Translations under genes and position numbers: made by a program | Origin: a virus | Taxonomy: Duplodnaviria; Heunggongvirae; Uroviricota; Caudoviricetes | DNA length: 64,000 bases | Virus record (IMG/VR): IMGVR_UViG_2695420423_000004 | Reading direction: 5' to 3' (one strand) | In this document: piece after piece, positions 61,447 through 64,000 of the stretch | Numbering within the stretch: the first letter of the stretch is position 1 | How the letters are laid out: each line of letters opens with the position of its first letter | The notes under the pieces: generated by a model | The model's database searches: none | What the model was told of the DNA's origin: nothing | What the model saw: the letters and a program-made list of their open reading frames with translations, nothing else

Positions 61447-63951
61447 TTATGCGTATTGTTGGATGACGGCCAGAACGTCCGCCACGTTGTGTTTTGTCTC
61501 GATAATCCACCAGTTACCCGGGAAATCGCTGTTCTTCGCCTTCGCTGGCAGCCAGCGAGCGCCGAATTTCGCCTTGATTGCGTCTTTCGCACGGAAAAGA
61601 ACGCCTTTCATGCCTGAGGCTTCCTGAAGCCCAAATACCTCGCCAGCGGCGAATTTTGGTGCGTACATCATCTTCAGGTCGGCGGTGGATACGCGATAAT
61701 TCAGACCAAGAGACTGAGCTATGCTGGTGGCATCACCCTGTATTGATGATAACTCTTCTTGTTTCTCGTTTCTGGCGGCAATCTCTTCCTCCGTGATGTT
61801 GCCAAGGGCTAGGTTTATCCGATCAGCGTCGGCCTGTTTCTCTTCATCGGTGCGCCCGGCAAGAACCGTGTTAATTCTCTGCAATATCTCCACATGATTC
61901 TTGCGCATGCTGAGCAATTCCGGCGTAACCTCGTTAAGATCCACCAGCCCAAGGATGGCAAGGTCGGAAAACATTGATACCAGGTTGTAGGTCATGCGAT
62001 AGCTGAGTTGACCATAGGCTGATGGCAACTTCACCGCATCCATTTGATAGGCATCCATAAATTTAGAGCCGTCGTTTACGACATCCGCTATTGCAGGTGT
62101 GATTTTCCCTGTGGTGGCGGCCTCCCTGATTGCTGTTACCCACGATTGAGTCAGCGCGGCGACTGCATGATTCAGATTGGCTTCCCGTTCTGCTTCGATG
62201 CGCGCGCTTGCTGCGTCCATTGCCTGCTTGATCTCGGCTTTATTGCTGTAAATGCCAATGGTGCCAAACTGTGCTGTGGTGATCTCATAATCTGACGCCC
62301 GGAACTCATTGGTACCGAAAATGGCATTGGTGACTTCAAGTTCAGAATCCCCGTTACGAGTAGCCCCCTGGCTTGTTTTTTCCGGCATTCTGGCGATCGC
62401 ATCCGCTATTTTCTCCTGAATTGCTTCAGGGGATAGCGTATCTCCGTATGACGCGATTACATCGCCATAATTGGAGCCAAACAATTCAACCAGGAATGTT
62501 TCTGCCGAACGGATCTGGCGGTTATTCCCTTCCGACATCATACCAAGCACCCATTTTGCAATTGACGACTTCAGCGCGCCGTCACGGCGATCCGGGTAAA
62601 CCGCATGCTTCAGTGGGTCCGTATAGGTACCAACAAAATCAATGCTATAGCCTGACTCTGTAGTCTGAACGCCGTACGAGTCAGTTATTTTGATCATGCC
62701 GCGCTGCTGGAAACGGTAGAAATCGTCACAGGAAATGATGTCGTTAATCCCGGCGATGGAGACGCCACCACTGATTTTCTGCATAACAGCATCTTCATCG
62801 GGAGTTACATCCACCTGTTTATCCAGCGTCTTCACATCCCAGTTACCCGATTTGGTGCCTTTGAAGGTAAAGATGATCTCCACGTCTGCGCGCTGGCTGT
62901 CGAAGTCCAGCGACTTAATGCGAACGATATCACCGGCACAATCGTAGTATTGGCCTACACGCCATGAGCGATCGCCGATAACAAGGAACTCACTCGCATG
63001 GTTAACCAGGTCAGGATCAACATCCAGAATGCCTTTATTTATTGCATCCTCCACCAGCGGGCGCAGGCGTTTGATATCCGTCGCGGCCTTCTGAGTACGG
63101 TTCAATAATTTCTCATAGCGGGAGATGGCTTGAGAGATATTAGCCTTGCGCTGAATGGCGCTTTTCAACGACGCGCGATACTGTGCTAACAACGTACGGT
63201 CTGTGTGATGGACGCTACCCCAGCGGGCTTTCCAGTCTGCGTTATCAGCTGCTTTGGCCATTACCGCCTGTTTGAATTTAGCTACCTCGGCGGTGGTCTT
63301 TTCAAGTTCCGCTTTGCTTCGCTCTAATTCAGCGGTAAGTACCTCCACATCCTCGCCAGCTGCGTGCTGCGCCTTGATGTAGTTCTGAAGGTCGATAGTA
63401 GCCTGTTCTTTCTGGCGAGCGCGTTGCGCGGCTTTCGCCTTATCCATTTGAACCTGCATCATTGCCAGACGTTCGCCATCATCCTTAGCGGTATACATCT
63501 GCATTTCGATCATATCGTTGGCGTCGGCGTTCTCCATTTCTGACTTATCTGAACGGAGGATATCGGAGATCCAGCCTGCTTTACGCTTCAGCGTCTTCAG
63601 TCGGTATTCATCGAAAGAACCCTTGCCGCAGTAGTAGTGAACGCGAACGCTTGCACGGTTGGAGCCAACTCGGGCACCGCGACCGTTACGCTGTGCGATA
63701 CTGGCTGGTGTCCATGGCAACGTCAGATGATGGATGTCAGTCGTTCCTCGATGCAGGTTGATACCCACCTCTGCCTTTTTGTTGCAGATGATGATCGGAG
63801 TCCGGCCCTCCTGGAAGTCGGCTGCAATCTTTTCCAGACCGCCCAACGACATTTCATTCTGCTGCGCGATATAGGCGTCATACAGAGCCATTTGCTCGTT
63901 GTAGGGGTTTGGGGAGCAATGGAACCAAAAACCAACGTAAGAGTCTACCAT
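61447..63951 (-). CDS. darB: DarB-like protein, C-terminal region (begins inside a helicase C-terminal domain)
   Basis: 834-aa ORF; N-terminus carries helicase motifs (TPIIICNKKAEVGINL and QRNGRGARVG); in-frame TGA 3 codons upstream of the ATG while another frame stays open to the window edge. Confidence 0.55.
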   Translation of the reverse strand: MVDSYVGFWFHCSPNPYNEQMALYDAYIAQQNEMSLGGLEKIAADFQEGRTPIIICNKKAEVGINLHRGTTDIHHLTLPWTPASIAQRNGRGARVGSNRASVRVHYYCGKGSFDEYRLKTLKRKAGWISDILRSDKSEMENADANDMIEMQMYTAKDDGERLAMMQVQMDKAKAAQRARQKEQATIDLQNYIKAQHAAGEDVEVLTAELERSKAELEKTTAEVAKFKQAVMAKAADNADWKARWGSVHHTDRTLLAQYRASLKSAIQRKANISQAISRYEKLLNRTQKAATDIKRLRPLVEDAINKGILDVDPDLVNHASEFLVIGDRSWRVGQYYDCAGDIVRIKSLDFDSQRADVEIIFTFKGTKSGNWDVKTLDKQVDVTPDEDAVMQKISGGVSIAGINDIISCDDFYRFQQRGMIKITDSYGVQTTESGYSIDFVGTYTDPLKHAVYPDRRDGALKSSIAKWVLGMMSEGNNRQIRSAETFLVELFGSNYGDVIASYGDTLSPEAIQEKIADAIARMPEKTSQGATRNGDSELEVTNAIFGTNEFRASDYEITTAQFGTIGIYSNKAEIKQAMDAASARIEAEREANLNHAVAALTQSWVTAIREAATTGKITPAIADVVNDGSKFMDAYQMDAVKLPSAYGQLSYRMTYNLVSMFSDLAILGLVDLNEVTPELLSMRKNHVEILQRINTVLAGRTDEEKQADADRINLALGNITEEEIAARNEKQEELSSIQGDATSIAQSLGLNYRVSTADLKMMYAPKFAAGEVFGLQEASGMKGVLFRAKDAIKAKFGARWLPAKAKNSDFPGNWWIIETKHNVADVLAVIQQYA

Positions 63952-64000
63952 CGCCGTTCAGTCCCTTCTTCCCATGCATTTGCATCAACATTGCAATTAC

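Overview
This window reads as a large segment of a P1-like (Punavirus) temperate phage-plasmid. The anchors are a canonical 34-bp loxP site (55842-55875) followed by cre, and matching P1 synteny on both sides: secreted sim-like proteins, immI (c4-like RNA, icd, ant), the lytic replicon kilA-repL, virion genes (sheath/capsid block), parS-parB-parA, the repA plasmid replicon with incA and incC iterons and oriR, uhr-hrdC-dmt, a tRNA cluster, upl-plp, tRNA-Ile2, ban, a second virion-gene block, a long C1-operator-controlled early operon, hot, humD-phd-doc, lpa, pacA (with pac site)-pacB, c1-coi, loxP-cre-cra-ref-mat, and the lxc/ulx/darB end. At least 15 copies of the C1 operator motif (ATTGCTCTAATAAATTT and variants) are scattered through the window. 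Two AT-rich accessory islets stand out. Between mat and lxc, where P1 carries the res-mod type III restriction genes, there is a single 434-aa SIR2-like (SIR2_2-type) gene and no res/mod homologue; this is the best candidate for an undescribed defence system. Downstream of repL there is a hok/mok-like type I toxin locus next to a 330-aa MazG-like, Cys-rich protein. Gene names for P1 proteins that I assigned by position and size rather than by recognised sequence are marked as such; all coordinates for non-ORF features were read from the sequence by eye and may be off by a few bases.
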